From: Lingula anatina
Taxonomy: Eukaryota > Animalia > Brachiopoda
Reading direction: 5' to 3'
NCBI GenBank assembly: GCA_051362555.1
Contig: CM120641.1
Coordinates: forward strand, 10,230,001-10,294,000
DNA length: 64,000 bases
Part shown: positions 50,666-64,000 of the stretch, in pieces
Layout of the letters: every line of letters begins with the position of its first letter
Numbering within the stretch: the stretch's first letter is position 1
Notes under the pieces: generated by a model
Database searches by the model: none
What the model was told of the DNA's origin: nothing
The model's input: only the letters and a program-made list of their open reading frames with translations
Program-made: the position numbers and the translations under genes

Positions 50666-51228
50666 GTAAGAAATACATATAATTCCCATATTATAGGTTG
50701 TCTTGTTCTCTCATATCTTAGTTTCATTCGTGAGACTTGATGTCAAATAATTGAATGCAATTTAAAGATATAATTACACAAAAAGTTCTGCTCCATTACT
50801 TTGATTTACGCAAGTCAGTATGAGGAAAAGGTTAAAGTTATCTTCCTCAAGTATAGATTAATCATTTCAATCTTGGTTCATTAAGTATACTATCTTAGCC
50901 ACCTGGCAAGTGGTTTTGTCGCGTTCCGTGACTTTGGTCCAGTAACCTGATAGCTCAGCAAGCCTACCTAAATGATTCTTAAGGTAAAATCTTATGACAG
51001 ATGATGATGCTTTCTACTTGCCATATTGTACTTTAAAGTCCGCATGGCTTTACTTTCAGAACCTTCCCATTTTAAAGGAAATCCTTGGGAAATAAGTGTC
51101 TCAGATAATAATGGAACCTTTTTGTTTCCATGCGCCTGTCACATTAAGTACATTCTAGTACAAACTTAGGTAATTAATTATCTGATTGGCCCTTGAAATC
51201 TGACACTTCATTTCGTTATTTTTTCCAG

Positions 51229-51315
51229 GGAGCGTGATCTTGGATTGAAATTAGCTGCTGGTCCTATCCTCCACATGCTGGAAGAAAGAATTGATAATGT
51301 TCTTGATGGCAAAAG
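51229..51315 (+). CDS. ACP6: ACP6-like coding exon 8
   Basis: ttccag|(Q)ERDLGLKLAAGPILHMLEERIDNVLDGK..|gtaact. Matches the ACP6 'RESLQMAVGPFLHIL' segment. Phase 2-2. Confidence 0.9.
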
Positions 51316-53251
51316 GTAACTAATCTGTGGAGGGTAAAGGGGAGATAACCTGGAAAGATGTTGATGTTTTTGATAACATGTCAAACTGTCAATCTTGTTA
51401 CATTCTAGGTTAAAGCTACTGTTTTACCTGGATTTGAGAAGGTCCTCTTACATTTGTGAAAGGGCACTGTCTAAAGTACATGTAAGTGCTGAACTGTAGG
51501 TCCTTTTGGCATCCTACTACTAGGTAGCCCCCCCCCCCTTTTTTTTGAGGGGGGTCATCATATCCCATGCCATATATCTTTTTCTTTAGACGAAGCCATC
51601 CAAAAATCACAACTGAAACTATTTTGAAGTGAGTAGTTTTTCAAGCTTCCATTTCAAAACAGATTAATAGATATTTGGTCTTTATTGTCTGTCTCAAAGA
51701 ATGTTTGTCCTTACTGACCTGAGTCACCTTTCCCACACATTCCACTTAATTTTGATTACTTAGGAAGAAGGTAAGATTCTGAAATCATTTTTCATTTTCT
51801 TAATGTCCATGTTGCATGCTTTGTGTACGGTATTGGTATGGTATCCCATGCAGGAAATGGAAAGTGTGCCACTCAGAATGAGGGTTTAATTTTGATCAAT
51901 TTCTCCCTGAATAGTCATCTATTTCTGTTTCCAATGTCAGTCAGAGTAAGTTAACTTAGGGCTCGTAAACAGATTAGGCATTTTCTAACTCTAGCCTCAG
52001 ATTTGTGAGCACAAATGCCAAAATGAACAACTCCAACAATGAATTAACTACCATGACATAAAATTTCATGCCACAAGCACATGTACAGCATTTCATTACA
52101 CAAACTGTTATCCGCTTATCTACTTGTTCTGCACTTTCCATATGAGCTGAAGAGTGTCAAGAACACATTGATGCCACATAAAGAGTCCATTGGGGGGGGG
52201 GGGGGGGGGGGGGTTATGTGTACAGCCATAGACTTGGATATTGTTTGTGTAAAGAAACACTAAGCTTGTGGCAAGTAATTCTACATTGGGGTAGTTAACT
52301 TGTGGCTGGAGTCATTAATTTGTGCATTTGTGTTCCCAAATGTTAGGCTTGTTTTAGAAAATGGCAATTACCTTGAGGCCTGTGACTGTCAGCAGTACTA
52401 GTCCCCTTCGAGCTTTGAAAACTTACTAGGTAATGAAAAAATAATGGTAAAGGGTAGAAAATATCATATTTTTACAATTTTTAATCTCAATTAGAGTGGA
52501 TTATCAGCTTCATGTGGTGAAGACCATTTTTTCACAAAGGGCCAAATGTATAATATTTAAATCCTTATGCTATTTTGTAGTAGTTTTAAATTTGCAGAGG
52601 ATCAAATCCAAAGATCAGAAATCTATTATTACTATTCAAAAATGAATGAAAAGAATAATGGCTCAGGTAGCTGAGTTTTACGTAAAAAAAAAAGCTTCCT
52701 GATTTATATTACTCTACCCACCAACATTATTCCCTACTGCCTAATTGGAGGACATACGTGACTGCTGTGATTTTATTCCTTTTAAATCTGCATTTAAGCC
52801 TAGTTTGGCACTGCAACTTTATCCTCATAATCACACTAATGATTTGACAACATTGGTGATACCCACCTATCATGATATCATTCAGTACACCCACTGAGAC
52901 AGGAAATCTGCTTAAAGCTATTAATGTAATTAGAGGTAAATTTGTAACAGTTGCGTCATAAGGATTATTTAGTAACATGTTTTGTTGTTTTGTTGTTTTT
53001 TTATCTGCTGACTAGAAAAATACTTTGTTTAGATTAAAGGAAATGGTGTCATTCTGGTTTGATTTAGGGCTTATCACGTTTGTGGATAAGACATAATTGG
53101 AAGATATTTGACTTTTTTAACGATGTAGTAAAAATAAGTAATAAGTTTTGTCGCAAATTCATTTGGGCAAAGAGGCAAACTCGCACTGGATTCTTTGTTA
53201 AAGCTTTGGATTCTTCTTGTGGGTCTTTCAACTATATGTATTGATTTCCAG

Positions 53252-53420
53252 CTCTCAGAGACTGTGTTTGTACTCTGTCCATGACTCCTCGCTGGTTCCC
53301 GTCCTGGTAGCCCTGGGGATCTATGATGACAAATGGCCGCCATATGCTGCTGACCTGTGTATAGAAGTGTATGAGGACCAACAAGGGACACACTGGATCA
53401 GAGTGACTTATTGTGGAAAT
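53252..53420 (+). CDS. ACP6: ACP6-like coding exon 9
   Basis: ttccag|(S)SQRLCLYSVHDSSLVPVLVALGIYDDKWPPYAADLCIEVYEDQQGTHWIRVTYCGN|gttagt. Contains the catalytic HD motif and the WPP(F/Y)A motif. Phase 2-0. Confidence 0.94.
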
Positions 53421-54410
53421 GTTAGTATTTATTTGAATACAAGCTCAAACTTAGATCTGGGCTTGTGTAAGTCTAAATGGCATTGCCAGGTGGCCACATT
53501 ACACATTAATCAGTAATGTATAATTGTCTGGTGATCACTGTGAAATCTCTAGAGGCTTTTGAAAAAACTATTTAGTGGGTCAGAGAGAAGATTATTGAGA
53601 GAGTGGTCTACAGAAATGCCCCTCTGCACATCAGAGTGTGAAATCACTGGTTGAAGTAATTTAGTTAGGAGATAATATTATTTAAAACGTAGCAGGAGGT
53701 GAATTCCTATTATTATCTTTTTTTGAACTTTTATGGAAGAAAATTCAACAGAATTCAGCTGTTTGGTGAGCGGTTTACAGTAAACTCCCACTGGAAGCAA
53801 ACTACTAAATCACTGGTAAATTGAATTAGGTATTTGGTGATAGATAATCTATCTATTCATTATATGGGGGAAACTATAACCTGGTTCAGTATTAGAAAGG
53901 ATATTCATCATTAGTTTGATGGATGAGAGCCTTTCGTAGATGGTATTTTATCATTCTGCCATTTTGACTGAAATCTTACTAGTTGAATTCTTACTATGGG
54001 CATTATAAGGTTTATGATTGATTATCTACATTGATTTAAAATCCTTCTTATATCTGAATGGTGCAGTTGTATAGCAAGGACACTGGATGTGATGCTAGAT
54101 GTTCAGGTCTTCTTCTCTAACACAATTGCTATATCCTTCTCTAATACAATGGTTTTGTGAATAAGCCAGCAATGAAAAACACAATCACAAGTTGAGTGAA
54201 AAGAAAAGCAAAATGCTTTCCTCTTGTGCAACATCATCTTCTATAACACAATAGGGTATTTTATCTTACCAGTAGCTGTGATGTGAATGGCCATTTATCG
54301 GTCACTGGTAAAACATGAGACATTGTAATTTATTCAATAATACTTAATTAAACAATTGTATAGCTCACACACATGAGTAACACATTCTTTGTGCGGTTTC
54401 ATGTTTTCAG

Positions 54411-54557
54411 GAACAAACCCTCCCAGGTTGTAGTGGCCCAGTGATCACTTTGGAAGAATACAAGAAAGCAACATCCAATTATTCTATACCCATGCAGACA
54501 TATTGGCACTTGTGTGACAATGAGGGCCAGGAGAAACCATCACTACTAGGTATCTAG
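54411..54557 (+). CDS. ACP6: ACP6-like coding exon 10 (terminal)
   Basis: ttttcag|EQTLPGCSGPVITLEEYKKATSNYSIPMQTYWHLCDNEGQEKPSLLGI-TAG. The ten exons total 1284 nt, giving 427 aa plus stop. Confidence 0.9.
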   Translation, partial: EQTLPGCSGPVITLEEYKKATSNYSIPMQTYWHLCDNEGQEKPSLLGI

Positions 54558-54740
54558 GTTACAATAGACATGACATCTCCTTAAAATAAGATACCATCAA
54601 TATAAGCAAATATATTTGTGTTAGAATCATGAAAAATGGATTTGTATAATGTTATTTATGTTATGGTATTTATATAATACATGTTTCTCTTACCTAAATA
54701 TTTAATATTAACTAGTATTTACATATTTGCTGGAAATATA

Positions 54741-54746
54741 AATAAA
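54741..54746 (+). terminator. Likely polyadenylation signal of the ACP6-like gene
   Basis: AATAAA about 185 nt after the stop codon, followed by G/T-rich sequence. Confidence 0.55.
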
Positions 54747-57700
54747 GCAGGATTGGGTTTTAATTTGATTACAGTCAGTGTTATGTTTCACTTTTTATCC
54801 ATAAGATTTTGAAAAAAATGATTACAGATACAAAATTTGATCTTTCAGATCGACTGCTAGGACGTAAAAAGCAAGTAGAAGAAAGGAGACTAGTGCCAGA
54901 AGGAATGTAATAGGAAAGTCAAAGGTGTGGTGCTCTATAGATTTGTTGCTTTTTAGTACAGTGCTGCAAAAAAGTATCCCATGCCCTTGTTTCAGTGGCA
55001 GATAACATCTAAGTAAGAAGTCATGCATGTCTGTTATATAGTACCAGTAAACTGGTCATACCGTATCAATAATTCATGTAATACATGGATCTGACTCAGA
55101 TATCAAATATCAATCTTTTTATCCAATTTTTATTAGAGATTTATCTAAACAACCTATTTTATTTAGTAACCCTTATACTCATCTTCCACATTAAATGGTG
55201 GCTTTTCTCCATCCAGTCCATGACAGTTATTTGGTGTACTGATCATATTTTCTTCTGTATTTTTTATATGTTTTATAACACAATTTTTTTCACAAATAGA
55301 TCATGTTTTATCGTGTTTTATCATTTGTAGAGTAAAAGCAGAAGGTTGTATATGGAAAGTGAAAAAATTAGTATATATGTTTAAGGATAGTGTAACCTTT
55401 TATTATCATCCAGAAACTGAAAATGAGTTTTTTTCTGCATCTAATTATTCAATTATGCATCTATCTTTTTGCTGATTTAAATCAATGAAAAAATCCTCGA
55501 AAATATAAAATATATATATTTTTTTGTTGTTGCAATGTATAAACATAGGCAACTCAAGGCTTTAATTGTCAATTTAACAACAATTAAACAAAGGCATTAT
55601 TTTGCTTTATCAATGATAAAATCTGAACTAAGACTTTTAAGAAAAATTGCTGGCAGGGTTTTGGAGCACTAAATGTTGTCATTAGATCGGCGTTGAAATG
55701 GTGATCGTGGGTGCTCAGGTAAAAGAGAAATTTAAGAAACCCATTTTACAGTTTTTACCCCCAAAATCGCAATTATGACATCACCCATAAGATGACATAT
55801 GTGTAAATGTTAATTAATTTGGTCATTGAATACTGAATATTTATTTATTACCCAGAAGGATGTATGAAAGGCAATAAATAAAGAGTTTTGGGCGAAGAGT
55901 GACAATATCCTAATATGCTAGTCCCTAAGAGTAAACTACCATTGAGAAAGTGGTTTTGAAAGTTTCTATTCTATTTCTTTTATTTATTTTTTTTCCACTG
56001 GATCAGTTCTTTTCAGAACTTGGTCACTGAAACAGTAGAAAAATTGGCCATAAATTATCAGAATATTTATCCCAGAAAGGTTCCATTTTAGCACTGAAAT
56101 GATACATCTGTACAAGTTCACATCTTGGTGAATGTTCAGTAAAATACAGATTAAGTACTTTAATCACCCATTAAGAGCAGCTTAGAAATATCTTAAAGGA
56201 GTGATGTCATTCAACATGTGAGCTAATGTCTGATGAGATGGCTTGAGGCAATTTCCAGGGAAGTGTTATGCTAAGACCCTAGATTGTTTATGGCTTGGCT
56301 TTTTGGATATTGTAAGTAAAATGTCTACAAGCAATTTTGAAATATTTCCTGTATGCCCATCCAACAAGGAAATAAAAGTAATATCATGACCTAACTGTAA
56401 TGATTGCAAATGACCATCCACATATATTTTGTTAGTCTAAGAACCATACCAGATCCTTGAATTTTTTTCTTTCTTGTTGTACGAGGATTCCTTGAGACTT
56501 TGCTCAATTTCTTGGAAATTTTTTTCTAAGATTTAATAAAAAAAATGATAAATAGATAATTTTTTATGCTGTGCTTGGGCATTTTCAGAGTACTTTAAGA
56601 TATCTGAATGTGGCACATTAAAAACATCAGGTAATACAGGTATAATCATGACTGTCTGTAAGTAAATGTGTACTATAATTTTTTCTTAGAAAGACATTTG
56701 TATATGGTTGACATAATATCCAATATCTTTTGAAACATATAGGAAGATTAATTAGAAATGTGATGCTAATGAACAATATTGAAGCTATTGTGGATTCAAT
56801 AACATGAAACATGGTGCACAAGGATATCAGTTTTGAATTTATTCTGTAAAGTTAATCATTTAAGGATCACAATTACTCCAGAAGGACATTTTTTTGTTAA
56901 AATTATCTAAGCCAGTAGTGGTGATGGCTGGATATTTATTGAACTCTATGGCTGGCATGGGAAGCTTACCAAAGACAAAAGATTTGATACAACAAAGGAC
57001 TTGTTTTTCACATTTTCTGCAGAAGGTTCAGTGAGACCCAAATCCTCTGGGACCAGTATGATAATCATAATTCATATGCCATTGTCATGAGAGAATTAAT
57101 CTATAGTCGATATCAGAATGAATTAATGCTGATTGCATGGTTGGGAATGACATAATGTAGTACTTAGTGTCAGGGATAGTACTGCCATGATAAAGATTCA
57201 ATTATAATCCACAAGCATGACTGCGCAGGGATACCCACTGTAAGAAGTGGCACCTTACCAGTCATTACTGCCTGCTGAACTTTGATTCACCGAATGACAA
57301 TTTTCATTACATCCACAGTTGGTATTCTAGCTTTTGATCACCTTTGGAACACTATAGCATGAAGAACAATAAAGGCGCCATGATTTCCCACTCATTATTT
57401 AACATCTGGCCAATGATATTTATGATGAGGATAAATGAGAGACTGAATAAGGAAATCGACTGATTGTGAGAATAATATATCAATGTATAATGACCTGAAT
57501 TAATCATTTAAAAAAAGTCAGTGCAATGTGAATTTGGTCTGTGAAATTGGATGTAATAGAAATGTCTTGGACGACAGTTGTTTATTTATTGAAAAAATGT
57601 AAATTGGTTTTCAAGTTGTATTATATGCATATGTAGGTTTGAAAGAACATCAATACATAATGCAGATAGTGTTATTGTCTCTATCAGTATATTCCTGTCA

Positions 57701-59246
57701 CTTTTGATGTGATTTGTCATTTATAATAGACTCCAGATGTTTCTAATGTAAATCAAAATATTAGGCATTATCTACTAAATAGTCCAAATATAGATTCAGA
57801 GGTAACATTGTTATAAGCAGAGTTATCTCACTAAATGTGATGCCAAGTAAATGAAATAGAGAACATGTCATTTTACTAATGATCTATCATTTATAATACC
57901 CCAAATGTTGTTTATGAAAGCCGATACATCAGACATGTTATGTAACAGTCTAGATAGAGATAACTTGGCATTGTTATTGTCAACACAGTTGTCTTCATAA
58001 CGAGATGCCAGGTAAACAATGCTGAGAATTTGTGGTTTTTGTAATTGTTTGTCATTTAAAATACTCCAGATGTTGCTCATATCAACCACAACAACTGACA
58101 CACATGCATAATGATCCAAATATAGATAAACAAATAACATTGTTGTTATTAAAGTGACACCATACCAATAGATCTCCATCATGCAACAGTCGAATCATGC
58201 TACGCGAACAATACAAGAAATTGTATTAAGTGATTATTTTTATAACTGGATAAGCCATTGAGCTTTATGGATTACTTGTCAGTCATGCAATGTCCAGATT
58301 GCTTATGATTCCTCAAGAAGAAAATTTAGTGGACTTTTTCATAATGTAAGAAATATACAAAGTCCAGATGTGTTATTTAGATGTACTCCTCTTTTAAATT
58401 TATGTTATATACAGAATTTTTAAAGTGGATTTTCATTGCATGGTAGAATGTTCATAATCATCATAAGATTTGCAATGTCCAAAAATACCTATCATACCTG
58501 AAGAGAAAACTTATTGGATGCCAAGAATAGAATTTTGATACTTATTTGGACACGCGGGATGTAATGAATGATGATGAAAGGTTTAAAAGTGTTATTAGTC
58601 ATGCAATGTCCAGAAATGCTAAGTATTTGATTTGTTACAGATGTAGCAAATAAAATGATTAATATTTTTGTACATTGCAGAACTCTGCATAAAATATGTA
58701 CACAATTCTTTAAGATAGTGAAATGTGAAGTATAATAATTGATATCATGAATCAAGGAGAAAAAAGGGTGTTTGTATTAAATTTAAAATAAAAAAATTCC
58801 ATAGCTTTTCAGCAGTCATTGGTATGAATGATCATGTTATACTGCAAATAATATGGCTAAAAATTAAATTAAAAAAATGAATGAAAAATGCTTTCACAGT
58901 GGAAAATATTCTAAGATTTGAATGCCCACTCTATAAAGTTATTATTAGCATGTGTTACGCTTTTAAACAGTAATAAGGGCGAAATTTGCCATTACTCTTT
59001 TTAAGCATAAACAAACATCCTCTTAACACCTGAACAGAAACAACAATAACAGCATGGTATATAAATTTATCATTACATGCCATAGTGTTGGCTAAAAATG
59101 CTTCAGTGGAAATGATCAGATGTGCTGCTGATACAGGTGGTTGTATTAATAATTGGGAGAGAAGGATGGTTCTGAGCAGTTTCATAATCAGGACTTTAAT
59201 ATATATATATATAAACCTGAAATTGCTCTTAGAAAAATAAGATTAA

Positions 59247-59577
59247 AGGGATAACAACTCTTCGTGTGAGATCTATATTTCACAGTAAAAACATTGTAAA
59301 CAACTCATAGAAATATAATATATTCTATTTTACTACAAAAATGCAGTTAAAGTAATTATTCTGAAATCTGTGCTTGTCTTCATTCCATGTGACCTCCATA
59401 GATGGTTATACTCTGTAATAATCTCTTAATAGATTATTACAAAAAACAAAACAAACTTTCTAGAAAAAAAAAACAGAGAGTAACTTTGAATGTAGAAATG
59501 GATTCATTAACCATTGGTAAATTGTTGTTTACCCCAGGAAATTCATTTTTTGGCCAAAATATACAGTTGTTATCCCT
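59247..59577. mobile_element. Kolobok-like non-autonomous element
   Basis: Perfect 13-bp TIR AGGGATAACAACT / AGTTGTTATCCCT with TTAA on both sides. A purine-start TIR with a TTAA target fits Kolobok rather than piggyBac (CC-start). Confidence 0.7.
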
Positions 59578-62500
59578 TTAAGGATATTAAATGACAACAA
59601 AAAGAATCAAACAATAATGTTCAAACTAGATTATGGATGAATTAATCAGGCATTATCGTTTCAAAATAATTTCATTTTTAAAGAACAAATCAGGAAGAAT
59701 TGATTATTTTCAATTTACAGAATGCTAAACTCAGAACGCATATTTATTGTGATGTAGCTAGGAAAATATGTCACATCATTATTCATATTTATTGCCAACA
59801 ACACATTGTTAATTCAGGTAACAGCTCTACAAACCCATAAAACAGTAATATACTGGGGGCAGTTAGTGGTTTTTAAAAAGGCTGTGATACAACCACAGCT
59901 TGCATTAAACCAAATCAGGACAACCTGCTGTCGAGTAACAGCTGCCATTTTATGCACTATTTGTTGCTCTAGGTGTACTTTTTTAATACATCCCATTTTG
60001 TTGCAGTTATGTAGTATTTAGTCCAAGCTGGGGTTTTGAAATGTAAAATATAAGCATTTTCTCCAATTTTTGTTTAATTAACACCCATGCTAATTTTACT
60101 CCTTTAAAATGCAATGACTTTCAAATGAGAAATCTTTAACATGCCATTATGCCATAAACTATGAAACAAAATTTAAAATGTTATCTGAAACAGTGTAATT
60201 AATTTAGAAATTTAAGCCAATTATTTTATCAAAATCCCATCACGTCGGCATAAAATCACCATTTTCTCCTGATTACTCCCTTCTCAATCATCTGTGGTCC
60301 TATTGTATTTTAATTCATATTTTCTCACAGAATAATTCCAGTTTTATTAACAAGGACTCTTGATGAGCATTTAGTGGTCAGCTTGGAGGATACTTGATAG
60401 CCTCCAGAAAGAATCCAGATGGACAAGTAGTAATAAGTGATATTAGCTTTCCATCTGATTTGTTTGCTACATGTATATTCTGATCAGCCAACTGTAAGTC
60501 TGAGTGGTTTCCTGAAGTAGCCAATGTGTAGAAAAATGGATTTTACTTTTTATCAACCACACAACTTGTAGACAAGTTAAGTTGTCCCTATATAGTGGAA
60601 TAAACCTTATAGAGTTTTAATTTTTTTCGGATTTAAGCTTTTTTATCTTGGTAGTATACACACAATAGCATAGAAGGTCTGTAAATGTTATTTAACATAG
60701 ATTTAGCATCCAGTGAACACATTATTATTATTATTATATGTTGTCTTATGCTTTATGGATAAAACAATGGCAGTTATGCTCAGGGGCACAGTTGTTGAAT
60801 CTTTTGCTTCATCCCTCATTTCCCCACCTTGGTATCTGCCCATATGTTAATAAAAACTACGGCACCAATTAAAAAAAGCACTTTGGTTTTTTTTCTTGTT
60901 CATATTTTCCTCTCCACCTTTCAGTTCATTCTACTTCTTTCTATACATTTTACTCTCCCCCTCTTTCATTTTCATCATACTAAGTGAAAACTAGTGTTTC
61001 TGATCAGCTGCATGTAAACCTAAGGAAGTATCATTTAAACTTTCAAAAGGCCACCAAGCCCTATACCTGTTTGGGTTACGGGTATTGACCTATTCGCTAC
61101 AGAAAAGCTTCGAAGAAATGTACAGTGAAGAGCTTTTACTCTTGGAAATTACTTGCAAAAATATCCTTCTTTAAGTGCTCCCACCTGTGAGTACCTGAGG
61201 GTTCTACTTCATTATTCTCAAGTATGTGCCCAGGAAGCAAATTACATGCTTGCTTAAGAAAACAAATACCCCAGTACAGATTTATGTCAAAATTATGTTG
61301 TGTCACCTGTTTAGGGCTGATATTTAAGACATTAAAAGGTTTTGAGCATCTTTCTGAGAAATGTTCTGGGGCTGTGTTTGTTGATTCCTGGAGTTGGTCA
61401 ACAGCCAAAATTTTGGATTGAGTTGCAGAACCAGTTTCTTCACTCTTATGTTTTCTATTTATGGGAAAAACACTCTAAAGTTGCTATAAAGCCCTTTTTC
61501 TAAGTTAAAACTTTTTTAAGCAGAAATAACCTGATACCAGATCATCCCAGTGTTGCAAGGCGCTATTTGTGTCGAATGAACATCGAGGGAACAGATGTAT
61601 TCCCATTTGCGTGCAAGGCAGAATTAAGCGTAGTGACATGCTAGATATCGCCAGCGGGCAAATGAACACAACATGTGTTGATGTGTTTGAAAGTGTGTAG
61701 CTGATAGAGGATTGGGCCAGGGGACAAATATGCTAAGTAACCAGCTACACACCTTAAAGGCAGTCACCATACTTTTTTTATTTCATGTTCCATGTGCACA
61801 GAATTCAGTACACATATCAGATAGCTATTAATCTGCTATACATGTACCTGGTGTGGCACCTGACCCTACTGTAAGAGTTTGCCTTTTATTTTCCCCCCAA
61901 CTTCCAAATAACTATCATTTTTGGGAAATTCGTAAACTTTTACGGGCACCTAGAGGGTCAAATGTTAAGCCATCCCAAAGAGATAGTGACCTTTTACTTT
62001 ATAATCAGATATTTCTCTTCCTTTAACTTGGAGAAAACCAAAAAACTGCTTCCCCAAAATACTGCATTAACTTCCTGTGCTGTGTGTTAATTAAAATCAA
62101 CCGACATTTTCCAATTAACTGTTTGCATAGAGGAAATCTTTGATTTTAATTAAAGAGGAGAGTGATATGGCAGAGTCATCATTTATTAGTACACAGATCA
62201 CAAACTCTTGGGAATTTTCTGTACAATTTTTTTTTTTTTCATCAAAATGCTTTGATTAAAAATTCACTGTCCTGTTTCTGAACATGTTCACTAAACATTG
62301 TGTTGTTGAGTGGAATGGATCTTCCCCAGAGTGTGTTAAGTATTGCACTTTATTTGGGCTTTTTCTCATTTTTTTTGACTGGGTGTATATACTGTATGTG
62401 TGCAAAATATATGATACCCTGGGACCTAATATCTGATGAATAAACTAGAGTTAGGCGACAACGGTTAGAGGTGTTGTGTACTGTAGGATAAGATTAGCAG

Positions 62501-64000
62501 GTGTATGAAGTACAGGGTAATCTTAAACTTTCTGCACTCATTTACATTAAGTTTCCATACTCTGTCATGCAGATTTTCAAATGCGTTCCTTTTCTCACTA
62601 TATCAGTGTTCATTAAATTAATTAAACCATTTTAGTTTAAAAGCAGAACCTCTTAGAATGACATGCTGTAAAATTATTTTTATAAAGTCTCACCAAATGT
62701 GAAAAAAAGTTTGCATTTGTGGGTTTTATCATTGCTTTTAATCTAAAGGGCATGCTTATGTAATCATCAACATAAAGGTAGATTAGATACAAATTTAGGT
62801 AGGTATGTTGTTTGTGGTTGCCCTGTTTTATGACACCAAGACATGACTAATCTGGAATCAAAGATGTGTTTGAAATTTAATCAGAATCTCTAATCAAATA
62901 TTCAAAATGTGCAATTATCAAGTTTTATCACACTTTTTGCACTTGGTGCGTTGATTGTATTTAACATGTAAATGTATGGCTGCATAGCCCATGCCTGTAA
63001 GTTAACATTAGGATAAAAGTTGGGTTTTATGCCTGATTAGGCCTTGAGTCATTTTCTTCAATTTGTTTCTGTGGAAAGAATAAAAAAACAACTGCACTCT
63101 AATTAGTCTCCAGCTAAAGTTTTAGGTTTTGATCAATTGGAAGCTTGATGAATCATTATGCTGATCAATATGCTAGCTTTTGTTTGAGAGAAACGGAAGG
63201 ACCATGTATTTGCATATAGGATTTTATTAGCATCCACTGCTATTGTCTCCATCAAGTGAAAGAGAGAGTTAATTGATACTCCGTGACAGTTTGTAAAGTG
63301 AATTTGTAAGCCGTAGTTAAACATTTTACTCTTTGAAATTCTATTCCTTTAATTATGAGCTCCATTGTGTGTAGTTACTTAAATATTTAACATCAAAGAA
63401 AAATTTGTCATTGTCCTGGGCTAATGTTAGCATCCTAAGAATCTCAGCAACTCTTGTCTTTCTTTGAGACCTACAAACTTTGTCTGAATTTCGTTTGCCT
63501 CTTGGGCCTTTTTTTTTTGTTTTCAAATGTACGACTTGTGGCCGTTTACAAGAACGTGCTTGAACTGGTGATACTTGCATAATGGATGTACTAGCCAATT
63601 GGAAGTTCACTTGTATCAACTGTATGTGTCAAAAAAAAGACAACAAAAAAAAGACATCCCTCTTTTTTTGTTGGGTAACATTATTTGCCTTCAGGGAGAA
63701 TTCTTACTATGGTTTCTTCTATTCTGTAATGATGTTTAGAAACCAGTAAACAGGAACCTTTCCATTGCTTTTCCTTCCTGATATCAAATAGAGGGGTGAG
63801 GTTAAAAAAATAGCGAAACATTCTGTTCAAACAGCTGGGCAGATTGGAGGCTGGTATGATTTCACTGTTCTGCAAGTTAGCCTGCAAACACGCTCAGGTT
63901 TAATTATCTCGGCTTATTTATTCTATATTCTTTCAGCAGCAGGGAAGTAAAACTGGTATAAAATTAGCAGAAAGAAGTCATCACAGCTGGCTGTAGGCTA

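Noticed and set aside
57258-57353. Minus-strand segment bounded by a plausible acceptor and donor
   Set aside because: Stops in all three frames and no other support.
61136-61475. Open minus-strand frame of about 110 codons
   Set aside because: No recognisable domain, weak splice signals and no neighbouring compatible exons, so it cannot be supported.

Overview
AT-rich, intron-containing animal DNA, probably a marine invertebrate (species cannot be determined from the sequence). No prokaryotic features, CRISPR arrays, tRNAs or rRNAs were seen. The window holds a complete + strand ACP6-like histidine acid phosphatase gene (10 coding exons, 5258-54557, 427 aa, reconstructed by hand with consistent GT-AG phases). 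Its 42.8-kb intron 6 (7764-50564) contains, on the SAME strand, an intronless 412-aa class A GPCR of the FMRFamide/sex-peptide-receptor-like group (34063-35301). The GPCR has a likely own 5' exon and substitutions at two conserved activation positions. A CpG-enriched, probably bidirectional promoter lies at about 2.3-2.95 kb. The big intron carries many non-autonomous transposons: five related hairpin PIF/Harbinger-type MITEs flanked by TTA, a MITE inside a MITE, a MITE inside a Helentron-type (HINE-like) element, and a 1.18-kb TIR element. Local duplications and microsatellites are also present. Most short ORFs in the supplied track look spurious.
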